The position numbers were made by a program, and so were the translations under genes. Positions 22,448-38,700 of a DNA stretch of 64,000 bases are shown piece by piece. Below the pieces are notes generated by a model. It did no database searches. It saw only the letters and a list, made by a program, of their open reading frames with translations, and was not told the DNA's origin. The stretch comes from Macrostomum lignano. Lineage: Eukaryota. The stretch is from NCBI GenBank assembly GCA_002269645.1, contig NIVC01001388.1:234441-298440 (forward strand), written 5' to 3'. How positions within the stretch are numbered: the stretch's first letter is position 1; each line of letters starts with the position of its first letter.

Positions 22448-23117
22448 ACAATTGAAACAACCAAGTGGTTATGCCAGTAATAGGATTTCTCCATAAAACA
22501 CACCAGCATCTGAGAAGTCGCACTCTAAAAAGTCACGAGAGCTCATTAGCCAAAAGCAAAGTGCAATTCGCGCAACTTTAAAGTGCAAAAAAGATTGCAG
22601 AAATTTCAAGTAAAACCGGTTGGCTGAATAAATTTTCACTGATCGATTTCGCCGGAACACGCGCAAACGTTTCACACATTGACAGCCCGAAGCAGAATTT
22701 CCTTTTGGCATTTAATTTGCTTTTTCGTCGGCTAATCCGGAGGCCAAGTGACTCAGAAATGAAGCAGAATTGTCTTGAGCTTCCCAGCAAAGAGCCGGTC
22801 AATTTTTAAGAACAAACTGCCTGAATTTTCCAACCAATTTTTGTACGTCTTTTACTTCTTATCGATTGTCAACTTTTTTGCTGAATTGCAAAGTGTCAAT
22901 TCTTAGCGGCCATTGCAACTCTCTTTAGTGCCTTCTCTTTCTCATATGAGTTGCTCAAAAAATGGCAGATCTTGTTGATTCCATTCTCTGTTCATTTCTG
23001 ACTCAGCAAGCTGCGACAGACACGGCTGGGGTTGACTGAGCAGACAGTGAGTCTTTAAACTGTAAAAATTCAACTATGGCTAAACATATTTTTAGAACCT
23101 CTCTCACTTTAATAAGG

Positions 23118-26100
23118 AGGCAGTTTTACACAGTTGGAGTTGCATTACCAACAGGCAGTTTTACACAGTTGGAGTTGCATTACCAACAGGCAGTTTTACA
23201 CAGTTGGAGTTGCATTACCAACAGGCAGTTTTACACAGCTGGAGTTGCATTACCAACAGGCAGTTTTACACAGTTGGAGTTGCATTACCAACAGGCAGTT
23301 TTACACAGTTGGAGTTGCATTACCAACAGGCAGTTTTACACAGCTGGAGTTGCATTACCAACACACAGTTTTACAGTTGGAGTTGCATTACCAACACACA
23401 GTTTTACACAGCTGGAGTTGCATTACCAACAGGCAGTTTTACACAGCTGGAGTTGCATTACCAACACACAGTTTTACACAGCTGGAGTTGCATTACCAAC
23501 ACACAGTTTTACACAGCTGGAGTTGCATTACCAACACACAGTTTTACACAGTTGGAGTTGCATTACCAACAGGCAGTTTTACACAGCTGGAGTTGCATTA
23601 CCAACACACAGTTTTACACAGCTGGAGTTGCATTACCAACAGGCAGTTTTACACAGCTGGAGTTGCATTACCAACACACAGTTTTACACAGCTGGAGTTG
23701 CATTACCAACAGGCAGTTTTACAGTTGGAGTTGCATTACCAACACACAGTTTTACACAGCTGGAGTTGCATTACCAACAGGCAGTTTTACACAGCTGGAG
23801 TTGCATTACCAACAGGCAGTTTTACAGTTGGAGTTGCATTACCAACACACAGTTTTACACAGCTGGAGTTGCATTACCAACAGGCAGTTTTACAGTTGGA
23901 GTTGCATTACCAACACACAGTTTTACACAGCTGGAGTTGCATTACCAACACACAGTTTTACACAGCTTGAGTTGCATTACCAACAGGCAGTTTTACACAG
24001 CTGGAGTTGCATTACCAACACACAGTTTTACACAGCTGGAGTTGCATTACCAACAGGCAGTTTTACACAGCTGGAGTTGCATTACCAACACACAGTTTTA
24101 CACAGCTGGAGTTGCATTACCAACAGGCAGTTTTACACAGCTGGAGTTGCATTACCAACACACAGTTTTACACAGTTGGAGTTGCATTACCAACACACAG
24201 TTTTACACAGCTGGAGTTGCATTACCAACAGGCAGTTTTACACAGCTGGAGTTGCATTACCAACACACAGTTTTACACAGCTGGAGTTGCATTACCAACA
24301 GGCAGTTTTACACAGCTGGAGTTGCATTACCAACACACAGTTTTACACAGCTGGAGTTGCATTACCAACAGGCAGTTTTACACAGTTGGAGTTGCATTAC
24401 CAACACACAGTTTTACACAGCTGGAGTTGCATTACCAACAGGCAGTTTTACACAGCTGGAGTTGCATTACCAACACACAGTTTTACACAGCTGGAGTTGC
24501 ATTACCAACACACAGTTTTACACAGCTGGAGTTGCATTACCAACAGGCAGTTTTACACAGCTGGAGTTGCATTACCAACACACAGTTTTACACAGTTGGA
24601 GTTGCATTACCAACACACAGTTTTACACAGCTGGAGTTGCATTACCAACAGGCAGTTTTACAGTTGGAGTTGCATTACCAACACACAGTTTTACACAGCT
24701 GGAGTTGCATTACCAACACACAGTTTTACACAGCTGGAGTTGCATTACCAACAGGCAGTTTTACACAGCTGGAGTTGCATTACCAACACACAGTTTTACA
24801 CAGCTGGAGTTGCATTACCAACAGGCAGTTTTACACAGCTGGAGTTGCATTACCAACACACAGTTTTACACAGCTGGAGTTGCATTACCAACAGGCAGTT
24901 TTACACAGCTGGAGTTGCATTACCAACACACAGTTTTACACAGCTGGAGTTGCATTACCAACAGGCAGTTTTACACAGCTGGAGTTGCATTACCAACACA
25001 CAGTTTTACACAGCTGGAGTTGCATTACCAACAGGCAGTTTTACACAGCTGGAGTTGCATTACCAACACACAGTTTTACACAGCTGGAGTTGCATTACCA
25101 ACAGGCAGTTTTACACAGCTGGAGTTGCATTACCAACACACAGTTTTACACAGCTGGAGTTGCATTACCAACAGGCAGTTTTACACAGCTGGAGTTGCAT
25201 TACCAACACACAGTTTTACACAGTTGGAGTTGCATTACCAACACACAGTTTTACACAGCTGGAGTTGCATTACCAACAGGCAGTTTTACACAGCTGGAGT
25301 TGCATTACCAACACACAGTTTTACACAGCTGGAGTTGCATTACCAACAGGCAGTTTTACACAGCTGGAGTTGCATTACCAACAGGCAGTTTTACACAGCT
25401 GGAGTTGCATTACCAACAGGCAGTTTTACACAGCTGGAGTTGCATTACCAACACACAGTTTTACACAGCTGGAGTTGCATTACCAACACACAGTTTTACA
25501 CAGTTGGAGTTGCATTACCAACAGGCAGTTTTACACAGCTGGAGTTGCATTACCAACACACAGTTTTACACAGCTGGAGTTGCATTACCAACAGGCAGTT
25601 TTACACAGCTGGAGTTGCATTACCAACACACAGTTTTACACAGCTGGAGTTGCATTACCAACAGGCAGTTTTACACAGCTGGAGTTGCATTACCAACACA
25701 CAGTTTTACACAGCTGGAGTTGCATTACCAACAGGCAGTTTTACACAGCTGGAGTTGCATTACCAACACACAGTTTTACACAGCTGGAGTTGCATTACCA
25801 ACAGGCAGTTTTACACAGCTGGAGTTGCATTACCAACACACAGTTTTACACAGCTGGAGTTGCATTACCAACAGGCAGTTTTACACAGCTGGAGTTGCAT
25901 TACCAACACACAGTTTTACACAGCTGGAGTTGCATTACCAACAGGCAGTTTTACACAGCTGGAGTTGCATTACCAACAGGCAGTTTTACACAGCTGGAGT
26001 TGCATTACCAACACACAGTTTTACAGTTGGAGTTGCATTACCAACACACAGTTTTACACAGCTGGAGTTGCATTACCAACAGGCAGTTTTACACAGCTGG

Positions 26101-29100
26101 AGTTGCATTACCAACACACAGTTTTACACAGCTGGAGTTGCATTACCAACAGGCAGTTTTACACAGCTGGAGTTGCATTACCAACACACAGTTTTACACA
26201 GCTGGAGTTGCATTACCAACAGGCAGTTTTACACAGCTGGAGTTGCATTACCAACACACAGTTTTACACAGCTGGAGTTGCATTACCAACAGGCAGTTTT
26301 ACACAGCTGGAGTTGCATTACCAACACACAGTTTTACACAGCTGGAGTTGCATTACCAACAGGCAGTTTTACACAGCTGGAGTTGCATTACCAACACACA
26401 GTTTTACACAGCTGGAGTTGCATTACCAACAGGCAGTTTTACACAGCTGGAGTTGCATTACCAACACACAGTTTTACACAGCTGGAGTTGCATTACCAAC
26501 AGGCAGTTTTACACAGCTGGAGTTGCATTACCAACACACAGTTTTACACAGCTGGAGTTGCATTACCAACACACAGTTTTACACAGCTGGAGTTGCATTA
26601 CCAACAGGCAGTTTTACACAGCTGGAGTTGCATTACCAACACACAGTTTTACACAGTTGGAGTTGCATTACCAACACACAGTTTTACACAGCTGGAGTTG
26701 CATTACCAACAGGCAGTTTTACAGTTGGAGTTGCATTACCAACACACAGTTTTACACAGCTGGAGTTGCATTACCAACACACAGTTTTACACAGCTGGAG
26801 TTGCATTACCAACAGGCAGTTTTACACAGCTGGAGTTGCATTACCAACACACAGTTTTACACAGCTGGAGTTGCATTACCAACAGGCAGTTTTACACAGC
26901 TGGAGTTGCATTACCAACACACAGTTTTACACAGCTGGAGTTGCATTACCAACAGGCAGTTTTACACAGCTGGAGTTGCATTACCAACACACAGTTTTAC
27001 ACAGCTGGAGTTGCATTACCAACAGGCAGTTTTACACAGCTGGAGTTGCATTACCAACACACAGTTTTACACAGCTGGAGTTGCATTACCAACAGGCAGT
27101 TTTACACAGCTGGAGTTGCATTACCAACACACAGTTTTACACAGCTGGAGTTGCATTACCAACAGGCAGTTTTACACAGCTGGAGTTGCATTACCAACAC
27201 ACAGTTTTACACAGCTGGAGTTGCATTACCAACAGGCAGTTTTACACAGCTGGAGTTGCATTACCAACACACAGTTTTACACAGTTGGAGTTGCATTACC
27301 AACACACAGTTTTACACAGCTGGAGTTGCATTACCAACAGGCAGTTTTACACAGCTGGAGTTGCATTACCAACACACAGTTTTACACAGCTGGAGTTGCA
27401 TTACCAACAGGCAGTTTTACACAGCTGGAGTTGCATTACCAACAGGCAGTTTTACACAGCTGGAGTTGCATTACCAACAGGCAGTTTTACACAGCTGGAG
27501 TTGCATTACCAACACACAGTTTTACACAGCTGGAGTTGCATTACCAACACACAGTTTTACACAGTTGGAGTTGCATTACCAACAGGCAGTTTTACACAGC
27601 TGGAGTTGCATTACCAACACACAGTTTTACACAGCTGGAGTTGCATTACCAACAGGCAGTTTTACACAGCTGGAGTTGCATTACCAACACACAGTTTTAC
27701 ACAGCTGGAGTTGCATTACCAACAGGCAGTTTTACACAGCTGGAGTTGCATTACCAACACACAGTTTTACACAGCTGGAGTTGCATTACCAACAGGCAGT
27801 TTTACACAGCTGGAGTTGCATTACCAACACACAGTTTTACACAGCTGGAGTTGCATTACCAACAGGCAGTTTTACACAGCTGGAGTTGCATTACCAACAG
27901 GCAGTTTTACACAGCTGGAGTTGCATTACCAACACACAGTTTTACACAGCTGGAGTTGCATTACCAACACACAGTTTTACACAGCTGGAGTTGCATTACC
28001 AACAGGCAGTTTTACACAGCTGGAGTTGCATTACCAACACACAGTTTTACACAGTTGGAGTTGCATTACCAACACACAGTTTTACACAGCTGGAGTTGCA
28101 TTACCAACAGGCAGTTTTACACAGCTGGAGTTGCATTACCAACACACAGTTTTACACAGCTGGAGTTGCATTACCAACAGGCAGTTTTACACAGCTGGAG
28201 TTGCATTACCAACAGGCAGTTTTACACAGCTGGAGTTGCATTACCAACAGGCAGTTTTACACAGCTGGAGTTGCATTACCAACACACAGTTTTACACAGC
28301 TGGAGTTGCATTACCAACACACAGTTTTACACAGTTGGAGTTGCATTACCAACAGGCAGTTTTACACAGCTGGAGTTGCATTACCAACACACAGTTTTAC
28401 ACAGCTGGAGTTGCATTACCAACAGGCAGTTTTACACAGTTGGAGTTGCATTACCAACACAGTTTTACACAGCTGGAGTTGCATTACCAACAGGCAGTTT
28501 TACACAGCTGGAGTTGCATTACCAACACACAGTTTTACACAGCTGGAGTTGCATTACCAACAGGCAGTTTTACACAGCTGGAGTTGCATTACCAACAGGC
28601 AGTTTTACACAGCTGGAGTTGCATTACCAACACACAGTTTTACACAGTTGGAGTTGCATTACCAACACACAGTTTTACACAGCTGGAGTTGCATTACCAA
28701 CAGGCAGTTTTACACAGCTGGAGTTGCATTACCAACACACAGTTTTACACAGCTGGAGTTGCATTACCAACACAGTTTTACACAGCTGGAGTTGCATTAC
28801 CAACACACAGTTTTACACAGCTGGAGTTGCATTACCAACAGGCAGTTTTACACAGTGGAGTTGCATTACCAACACACAGTTTTACACAGCTGGAGTTGCA
28901 TTACCAACAGGCAGTTTTACACAGCTGGAGTTGCATTACCAACACAGTTTTACACAGCTGGAGTTGCATTACCAACAGGCAGTTTTACACAGCTGGAGTT
29001 GCATTACCAACACACAGTTTTACACAGCTGGAGTTGCATTACCAACACACAGTTTTACACAGCTGGAGTTGCATTACCAACAGGCAGTTTTACACAGTGG

Positions 29101-30727
29101 AGTTGCATTACCAACAGGCAGTTTTACACAGCTGGAGTTGCATTACCAACACACAGTTTTACACAGCTGGAGTTGCATTACCAACACACAGTTTTACACA
29201 GCTGGAGTTGCATTACCAACAGGCAGTTTTACACAGCTGGAGTTGCATTACCAACACACAGTTTTACACAGCTGGAGTTGCATTACCAACACACAGTTTT
29301 ACACAGCTGGAGTTGCATTACCAACACACAGTTTTACACAGCTGGAGTTGCATTACCAACACACAGTTTTACACAGCTGGAGTTGCATTACCAACACACA
29401 GTTTTACACAGCTGGAGTTGCATTACCAACACACAGTTTTACACAGCTGGAGTTGCATTACCAACACACAGTTTTACACAGCTGGAGTTGCATTACCAAC
29501 AGGCAGTTTTACACAGCTGGAGTTGCATTACCAACACACAGTTTTACACAGCTGGAGTTGCATTACCAACAGGCAGTTTTACACAGTTGGAGTTGCATTA
29601 CCAACACACAGTTTTACACAGCTGGAGTTGCATTACCAACAGGCAGTTTTACACAGCTGGAGTTGCATTACCAACACACAGTTTTACACAGCTGGAGTTG
29701 CATTACCAACAGGCAGTTTTACACAGTTGGAGTTGCATTACCAACACACAGTTTTACACAGCTGGAGTTGCATTACCAACAGGCAGTTTTACACAGCTGG
29801 AGTTGCATTACCAACAAGCAGTTTTACACAGCTGGAGTTGCATTACCAACAGGCAGTTTTACACAGTTGGAGTTGCATTACCAACACACAGTTTTACACA
29901 GCTGGAGTTGCATTACCAACAGGCAGTTTTACACAGTTGGAGTTGCATTACCAACAGGCAGTTTTACACAGCTGGAGTTGCATTACCAACAGGCAGTTTT
30001 ACACAGTTGGAGTTGCATTACCAACAGGCAGTTTTACACAGCTGGAGTTGCATTACCAACAGGGAGTTTTACAGTTGGAGTTGCATTACCAACAGGCAGT
30101 TTTACAGTTGGAGTTGCATTACCAACACACAGTTTTACACAGCTGGAGTTGCATTACCAACACACAGTTTTACACAGCTGGAGTTGCATTACCAACAGGC
30201 AGTTTTACACAGTTGGAGTTGCATTACCAACACACAGTTTTACACAGCTGGAGTTGCATTACCAACAGGCAGTTTTACACAGCTAGAGTTGCATTACCAA
30301 CACACAGTTTTACACAGTTGGAGTTGCATTACCAACAGGCAGTTTTACACAGCTGGAGTTGCATTACCAACAGGCAGTTTTACACAGTTGGAGTTGCATT
30401 ACCAACACACAGTTTTACACAGCTGGAGTTGCATTACCAACAGGCAGTTTTACACAGCTGGAGTTGCATTACCAACACACAGTTTTACACAGTTGGAGTT
30501 GCATTACCAACAGGCAGTTTTACACAGCTGGAGTTGCATTACCAACAGGCAGTTTTACACAGCTGGAGTTGCATTACCAACACACAGTTTTACACAGTTG
30601 GAGTTGCATTACCAACAGGCAGTTTTACACAGTTGGAGTTGCATTACCAACAGGCAGTTTTACACAGCTGGAGTTGCATTACCAACACACAGTTTTACAC
30701 AGCTGGAGTTGCATTACCAACAGGCAG
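23118..30727. repeat. 7.6-kb satellite, 35-bp unit CAGTTTTACACAGCTGGAGTTGCATTACCAAC(AGG/ACA); two variants mostly alternating
   Basis: Read directly, about 217 units, with occasional 33-bp deletion variants. Source of the 2200-2600 aa artefact ORFs. Confidence 0.98.
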
Positions 30728-31111
30728 ATACGAAAACAGGATTAAAAAATTCATTACCAGATTAATTTCGAGGTTGCTAGAGACTTATTTTGCTCCAAAT
30801 CACAAAATTTAATAAACACTCCTGAAATTTTAAAATTTTCAAGACATTGAATTCGATCTGAAACTCGCGGAAATCATGCATAAGACAGCAGTTGCTTTTA
30901 GATTCCATGAAGTCTTGCCCGCAGCATGAGGAATTCTTGTGCACTGCATTATTTAACAAAGGCTTGCACAATGATGCTGAAAATTCAGTTTTCTTATTTT
31001 TGAATTCAATTTTATTCCCTATTGATTTTTCACGCTGGGTGCATGCGGGCGCTTCTGAAACTCCATAGAGTATTCACTGGATCGAATGTAATGCGTGAGG
31101 TAATTAACTAA

Positions 31112-31439
<328 letters not shown>

Positions 31440-31857
31440 TCATCTATTTATCTATCCGAATGCGGGAGCCGGGGGCCAGCAGCTTTGTGTGGCATTCCAT
31501 ACATGCCCCGTTTGTCAAAGCAGTTTTCCATTGCGAAAGAGCCATAGCGCTCAGGGTGCAAATATTGATCACAGGAAAATAAGTCCAACTTGTTTATTCA
31601 AGTTTTCCATCAATGGGATTGATTTCTTTTCGGCAGTACAGCGCTCTCAGCTCTATTATTCCTGGTGAGTTTTCAAAAAAATTCAATTTCACAGCCGCTG
31701 CATGCAGTTAATGGACCTGCGGTTGCCCCTCCGTGACACTTTGCAGGGTCATTTTGAAGGTCAAATGATGAACCCCTGGTTTAATGGAGCGAAAACTTGA
31801 GTGAAATCCCACGGAAGATCTGCTTATGGATTTTTTGAAAGCCTCTGGCCTAAGCCA

Positions 31858-32220
31858 GACTGTGTAAACCTGACTGTGTGAACCTGACTGTGTGAACCTG
31901 ACTGTGTGAACCTGACTGTGTGAACCTGACTGTGTGAACCTGACTGTGTGAACCTGACTGTGTGAACCTGACTGTGTGAACCTGACTGTGTGAACCTGGC
32001 TGTGTGAACCTGACTGTGTGAACCTGACTGTGTGAACCTGACTGTGTGAACCTGACTGTGTGAACCTGACTGTGTGAACCTGGCTGTGTGAACCTGACTG
32101 TGTGAACCTGACTGTGTGAACCTGACTGTGTGAACCTGACTGTGTGAACCTGACTGTGTGAACCTGGCTGTGTGAACCTGACTGTGTGAACCTGACTGTG
32201 TGAACTTGACTGTGTGGACT
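31858..32220. repeat. 14-bp minisatellite (ACTGTGTGAACCTG)
   Basis: Read directly. Confidence 0.96.
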
Positions 32221-32722
32221 TGTGGAAGTCTCAAAAGCAACATTTTTTCATTTTAGTACAAAAATTCCCCTGCCATCCCCAATGCATTTTGCGACGTCCT
32301 GCTTTTGTTTTCAGTCTGTTTGAATTTCATTTCACTTCGAATAGATCGCGGACCCCATCATCATCAGCCCAGAGTGCTTATATATTGGCAGTGCAAACAC
32401 ACTTTCCCGCAATCTCAGGTAATGAGAAATGCGAGAGACTGAAGTCTGCTATATGGCTTTAGTTGCACCCACACAGCTGAACAATATCACCTATATAGGT
32501 ACGGTGTAGTGAATAGTATTTTACATGTAACTATAGATTCAGAATGGCTTTTGCTCTGGTCAATTGATCATTGCAGAATTATTAAATCGTCTGGCTGGCT
32601 AAATGCACTTTTAATATATTTCCAATAAGTTCCGTATACTATATGTATTCACTATATGTACAAAGAATGACTACATGTACATGTAAAAGTTAGTTTCTAT
32701 TCTATCAGTTTTTATTGATAAC

Positions 32723-35700
32723 GTCAGTGGCGCCAATCAGTTTCCTTGATGCCAATCAGTTTCATTGATGCCAATCAGTTTCATTGATGCCAATCAGTTT
32801 CATTGATGCCAATCAGTTTCATTGATGCCAATCAGTTTCATTGATGCAAATCAGTTTCATTGATGCCAATCAGTTTCATTGATGCCAATCAGTTTCATTG
32901 ATGCCAATCAGTTTCATTGATGTCAATCAGTTTCATTGATGCCAATCAGTTTCATTGATGCCAATCAGTTTCATTGATGTCAATCAGTTTCATTGATGCC
33001 AATCAGTTTCATTGATGCCAATCAGTTTCATTGATGTCAGTGGCGCCAATCAGTTTCATTGATGCCAATCAGTTTCATTGATGCCAATCAGTTTCATTGA
33101 TGCCAATCAGTTTCATTGATGCCAATCAGTTTCATTGATGCCAATCAGTTTCATTGATGCCAATCAGTTTCATTGATGCCAATCAGTTTCATTGATGCCA
33201 ATCAGTTTCATTGATGCCAATCAGTTTCATTGATGCCAATCAGTTTCATTGATGCCAATCAGTTTCATTGATGCCAATCAGTTTCATTGATGCCAATCAT
33301 TTTCATTGATGCCAATCAGTTTCATTGATGTCAATCAATTTCATTGATGCCAATCAGTTTCATTGATGCCAATCAGTTTCATTGATGCCAATCAGTTTCA
33401 TTGATGCCAATCAGTTTCATTGATGCCAATCAGTTTAATTGATGCCAATCAGTTTCATTGAATGTCAGTGGCGCCAATCAGTTTCATTGATATGTCGTCA
33501 GTGGCGCCAATCAGTTTCATTGATGTCAATCAGTTTCATTGATGCCAATCAGTTTCATTGATGCCAATCAGTTTCATTGATGCCAATCAGTTTCATTGAT
33601 GTCAATCAGTTTCATTGATGCCAATCAGTTTCATTGATGTCAATCAGTTTCATTGATGCCAATCAGTTTCATTGATGCCAATCAGTTTCATTGATGTCAA
33701 TCAGTTTCATTGATGCCAATCAGTTTCATTGATGTCAATCAGTTTCATTGATGCCAATCAGTTTCATTGATGCCAATCAGTTTCATTGATGCCAATCAGT
33801 TTCATTGATGCCAATCAGTTTAATTGATGCCAATCAGTTTCATTGAATGTCAGTGGCGCCAATCAGTTTCATTGATATGTCGTCAGTGGCGCCAATCAGT
33901 TTCATTGATGTCAATCAGTTTCATTGATGCCAATCAGTTTCATTGATGCCAATCAGTTTCATTGATGCCAATCAGTTTCACTGATGCCAATCAGTTTCAT
34001 TGATGCCAATCAGTTTCATTGATGCCAATCAGTTTAATTGATGCCAATCAGTTTCATTGATGCCAATCAGTTTCATTGATGCCAATCAGTTTCACTGAAT
34101 GTCAGTGGCGCCAATCAGATGTCAGTGGCGCCAATCAGTTTCATTGATATGTCGTCAGTGGCGCCAATCAGTTTCATTGATGCCAATCAGTTTCACTGAA
34201 TGTCAGTGGCGCCAATCAGATGTCAGTGGCGCCAATCAGTTTCATTGATATGTCGTCAGTGGCGCCAATCAGTTTCATTGATGCCAATCAGTTTCATTGA
34301 TGCCAATCAGGTTCATTGATGCCAATCAGTTTCATTGATGCCAATCAGTTTCATTGATGCCAATCAGTTTCATTGATGCAAATCAGTTTCATTGATGCCA
34401 ATCAGTTTCATTGATGCCAATCAGTTTCATTGATGCCAATCAGTTTCATTGATGTCAATCAGTTTCATTGATGCCAATCAGTTTCATTGATGCCAATCAG
34501 TTTCATTGATGCCAATCAGTTTCATTGATGCCAATCAGTTTCATTGATGCCAATCAGTTTCATTGATGCCAATCAGTTTCATTGATGCCAATCAGTTTCA
34601 TTGATGCCAATCAGTTTCATTGATGCCAATCAGTTTCATTGATGCCAATCAGTTTCATTGATGCCAATCAGTTTCATTGATGCCAATCAGTTTCATTGAT
34701 GCCAATCAGTTTCATTGATGCCAATCAGTTTCATTGATGCCAATCAGTTTCATTGATGCCAATCAGTTTCATTGATGCCAATCAGTTTCATTGATGTCAA
34801 TCAGTTTCATTGATGCCAATCAGTTTCATTGATGTCAATCAGTTTCATTGATGCCAATCAGTTTCATTGATGTCAATCAGTTTCATTGATGCCAATCAGT
34901 TTCATTGATGCCAATCAGTTTCATTGATGCCAATCAGTTTAATTGATGCCAATCAGTTTCATTGAATGTCAGTGGCGCCAATCAGTTTCATTGATATGTC
35001 GTCAGTGGCGCCAATCAGTTTCATTGATGTCAATCAGTTTCATTGATGCCAATCAGTTTCATTGATGCCAATCAGTTTCATTGATGCCAATCAGTTTCAT
35101 TGATGCCAATCAGTTTCATTGATGTCAGTGGCGCCAATCAGTTTCATTGATGCCAATCAGTTTCATTGATGCCAATCAGTTTCATTGATGCCAATCAGTT
35201 TCATTGATGCCAATCAGTTTCATTGATGCCAATCAGTTTCATTGATGCCAATCAGTTTCATTGATGCCAATCAGTTTCATTGATGCCAATCAGTTTCATT
35301 GATGCCAATCAGTTTCATTGATGCCAATCAGTTTCATTGATGCCAATCAGTTTCATTGATGCCAATCAGTTTCATTGATGCCAATCAGTTTCATTGATGC
35401 CAATCAGTTTCATTGATGCCAATCAGTTTCATTGATGCCAATCAGTTTCATTGATGCCAATCAGTTTCATTGATGTCAATCAATTTCATTGATGCCAATC
35501 AGTTTCATTGATGCCAATCAGTTTCATTGATGCCAATCAGTTTCATTGATGCCAATCAGTTTAATTGATGCCAATCAGTTTCATTGAATGTCAGTGGCGC
35601 CAATCAGTTTCATTGATATGTCGTCAGTGGCGCCAATCAGTTTCATTGATGTCAATCAGTTTCATTGATGCCAATCAGTTTCATTGATGCCAATCAGTTT

Positions 35701-38700
35701 CATTGATGCCAATCAGTTTCGTTGATGTCAATCAGTTTCATTGATGCCAATCAGTTTCATTGAATGTCAGTGGCGCCAATCAGTTTCATTGATGCCAATC
35801 AGTTTCATTGATGCCAATCAGTTTCATTGATGCCAATCAGTTTCATTGATGCCAATCAGTTTCATTGATGCCAATCAGTTTCATTGATGTCAGTGGCGCC
35901 AATCAGTTTCATTGATGCCAATCAGTTTCATTGATGCCAATCAGTTTCATTGATGCCAATCAGTTTCATTGATGCCAATCAGTTTCATTTGATGTCAATC
36001 AGTTTCATTGATGCCAATCAGTTTCATTGATGCCAATCAGTTTCATTGATGCCAATCAGTTTCATTGATGCCAATCAGTTTCATTGATGTCAATCAGTTT
36101 CATTGATGTCAATCAGTTTCATTGAATGTCAGTGGCGCCAATCAGTTTCATTGATGCCAATCAGTTTCATTGATGCCAATCAGTTTCATTGATGCCAATC
36201 AGTTTCATTGATGCCAATCAGTTTCATTGATGCCAATCAGTTTCATTGATGCCAATCAGTTTCATTGATGCCAATCAGATTCATTGATGCCAATCAGTTT
36301 CATTGATGCCAATCAGTTTCATTGATGCCAATCAGTTTCATTGATGTCAATCAGTTTCATTGATGCCAATCAGTTTCATTGATGTCAATCAGTTTCATTG
36401 ATGCCAATCAGTTTCATTGATGCCAATCAGTTTCATTGATGTCAATCAGTTTCATTGATGCCAATCAGTTTCATTGATGTCAATCAGTTTCATTGATGCC
36501 AATCAGTTTCATTGATGCCAATCAGTTTCATTGATGCCAATCAGTTTCATTGATGCCAATCAGTTTCATTGATGCCAATCAGTTTCATTGATGCCAATCA
36601 GTTTAATTGATGCCAATCAGTTTCATTGAATGTCAGTGGCGCCAATCAGTTTCATTGATATGTCGTCAGTGGCGCCAATCAGTTTCATTGATGTCAATCA
36701 GTTTCATTGATGCCAATCAGTTTCATTGATGCCAATCAGTTTCATTGATGCCAATCAGTTTCACTGATGCCAATCAGTTTCATTGATGCCAATCAGTTTC
36801 ATTGATGCCAATCAGTTTCATTGATGCCAATCAGTTTCATTGATGCCAATCAGTTTCATTGATGCCAATCAGTTTCACTGAATGTCAGTGGCGCCAATCA
36901 GATGTCAGTGGCGCCAATCAGTTTCATTGATATGTCGTCAGTGGCGCCAATCAGTTTCATTGATGCCAATCAGTTTCATTGATGCCAATCAGGTTCATTG
37001 ATGCCAATCAGTTTCATTGATGCCAATCAGTTTTATTGATGCCAATCAGTTTCATTGATGCCAATCAGTTTGATTGATGCCAATCAGTTTTATTGAATGT
37101 CAGTGGCGCCAATCAGTTTCATTGATATGTCGTCAGTGGCGCCAATCAGTTTCATTGATGCCAATCAGTTTCATTGATGCCAATCAGGTTCATTGATGCC
37201 AATCAGTTTCATTGATGCCAATCAGTTTCGTTGATGTCAATCAGTTTAATTGATGCCAATCAGTTTCATTGAATGTCAGTGGCGCCAATCAGTTTCATTG
37301 ATATGTCGTCAGTGGCGCCAATCAGTTTCATTGATGTCAATCAGTTTCATTGATGCCAATCAGTTTCATTGATGCCAATCAGTTTCATTGATGCCAATCA
37401 GTTTCATTGATGTCAATCAGTTTCATTGATGCCAATCAGTTTCATTGATGTCAATCAGTTTCATTGATGCCAATCAGTTTCATTGATGCCAATCAGTTTC
37501 ATTGATGTCAATCAGTTTCATTGATGCCAATCAGTTTCATTGATGTCAATCAGTTTCATTGATGCCAATCAGTTTCATTGATGCCAATCAGTTTCATTGA
37601 TGCCAATCAGTTTCATTGATGCCAATCAGTTTAATTGATGCCAATCAGTTTCATTGAATGTCAGTGGCGCCAATCAGTTTCATTGATATGTCGTCAGTGG
37701 CGCCAATCAGTTTCATTGATGTCAATCAGTTTCATTGATGCCAATCAGTTTCATTGATGCCAATCAGTTTCATTGATGCCAATCAGTTTCACTGATGCCA
37801 ATCAGTTTCATTGATGCCAATCAGTTTCATTGATGCCAATCAGTTTAATTGATGCCAATCAGTTTCATTGATGCCAATCAGTTTCATTGATGCCAATCAG
37901 TTTCACTGAATGTCAGTGGCGCCAATCAGATGTCAGTGGCGCCAATCAGTTTCATTGATATGTCGTCAGTGGCGCCAATCAGTTTCATTGATGCCAATCA
38001 GTTTCACTGAATGTCAGTGGCGCCAATCAGATGTCAGTGGCGCCAATCAGTTTCATTGATATGTCGTCAGTGGCGCCAATCAGTTTCATTGATGCCAATC
38101 AGGTTCATTGATGCCAATCAGGTTCATTGATGCCAATCAGTTTCATTGATGCCAATCAGTTTCATTGATGCCAATCAGTTTCATTGATGCAAATCAGTTT
38201 CATTGATGCCAATCAGTTTCATTGATGCCAATCAGTTTCATTGATGCCAATCAGTTTCATTGATGTCAATCAGTTTCATTGATGCCAATCAGTTTCATTG
38301 ATGCCAATCAGTTTCATTGATGTCAATCAGTTTCATTGATGCCAATCAGTTTCATTGATGCCAATCAGTTTCATTGATGCCAATCAGTTTCATTGATGCC
38401 AATCAGTTTCATTGATGCCAATCAGTTTCATTGATGCCAATCAGTTTCATTGATGCCAATCAGTTTCATTGATGCCAATCAGTTTCATTGATGCCAATCA
38501 GTTTCATTGATGCCAATCAGTTTCATTGATGCCAATCAGTTTCATTGATGCCAATCAGTTTCATTGATGCCAATCAGTTTCATTGATGCCAATCAGTTTC
38601 ATTGATGTCAATCAGTTTCATTGATGCCAATCAGTTTCATTGATGTCAATCAGTTTCATTGATGCCAATCAGTTTCATTGATGTCAATCAGTTTCATTGA

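Noticed and set aside
23076-30812. Three overlapping 2250-2580 aa ORFs (giant repeat protein?)
   Set aside because: The 35-bp unit simply lacks TAA/TAG/TGA on the + strand (chance about 0.19 for a random 35-mer). All three frames give the same cyclic peptide because 35 is not a multiple of 3, and single variants (23968, 30284) end the frames. Satellite artefact.
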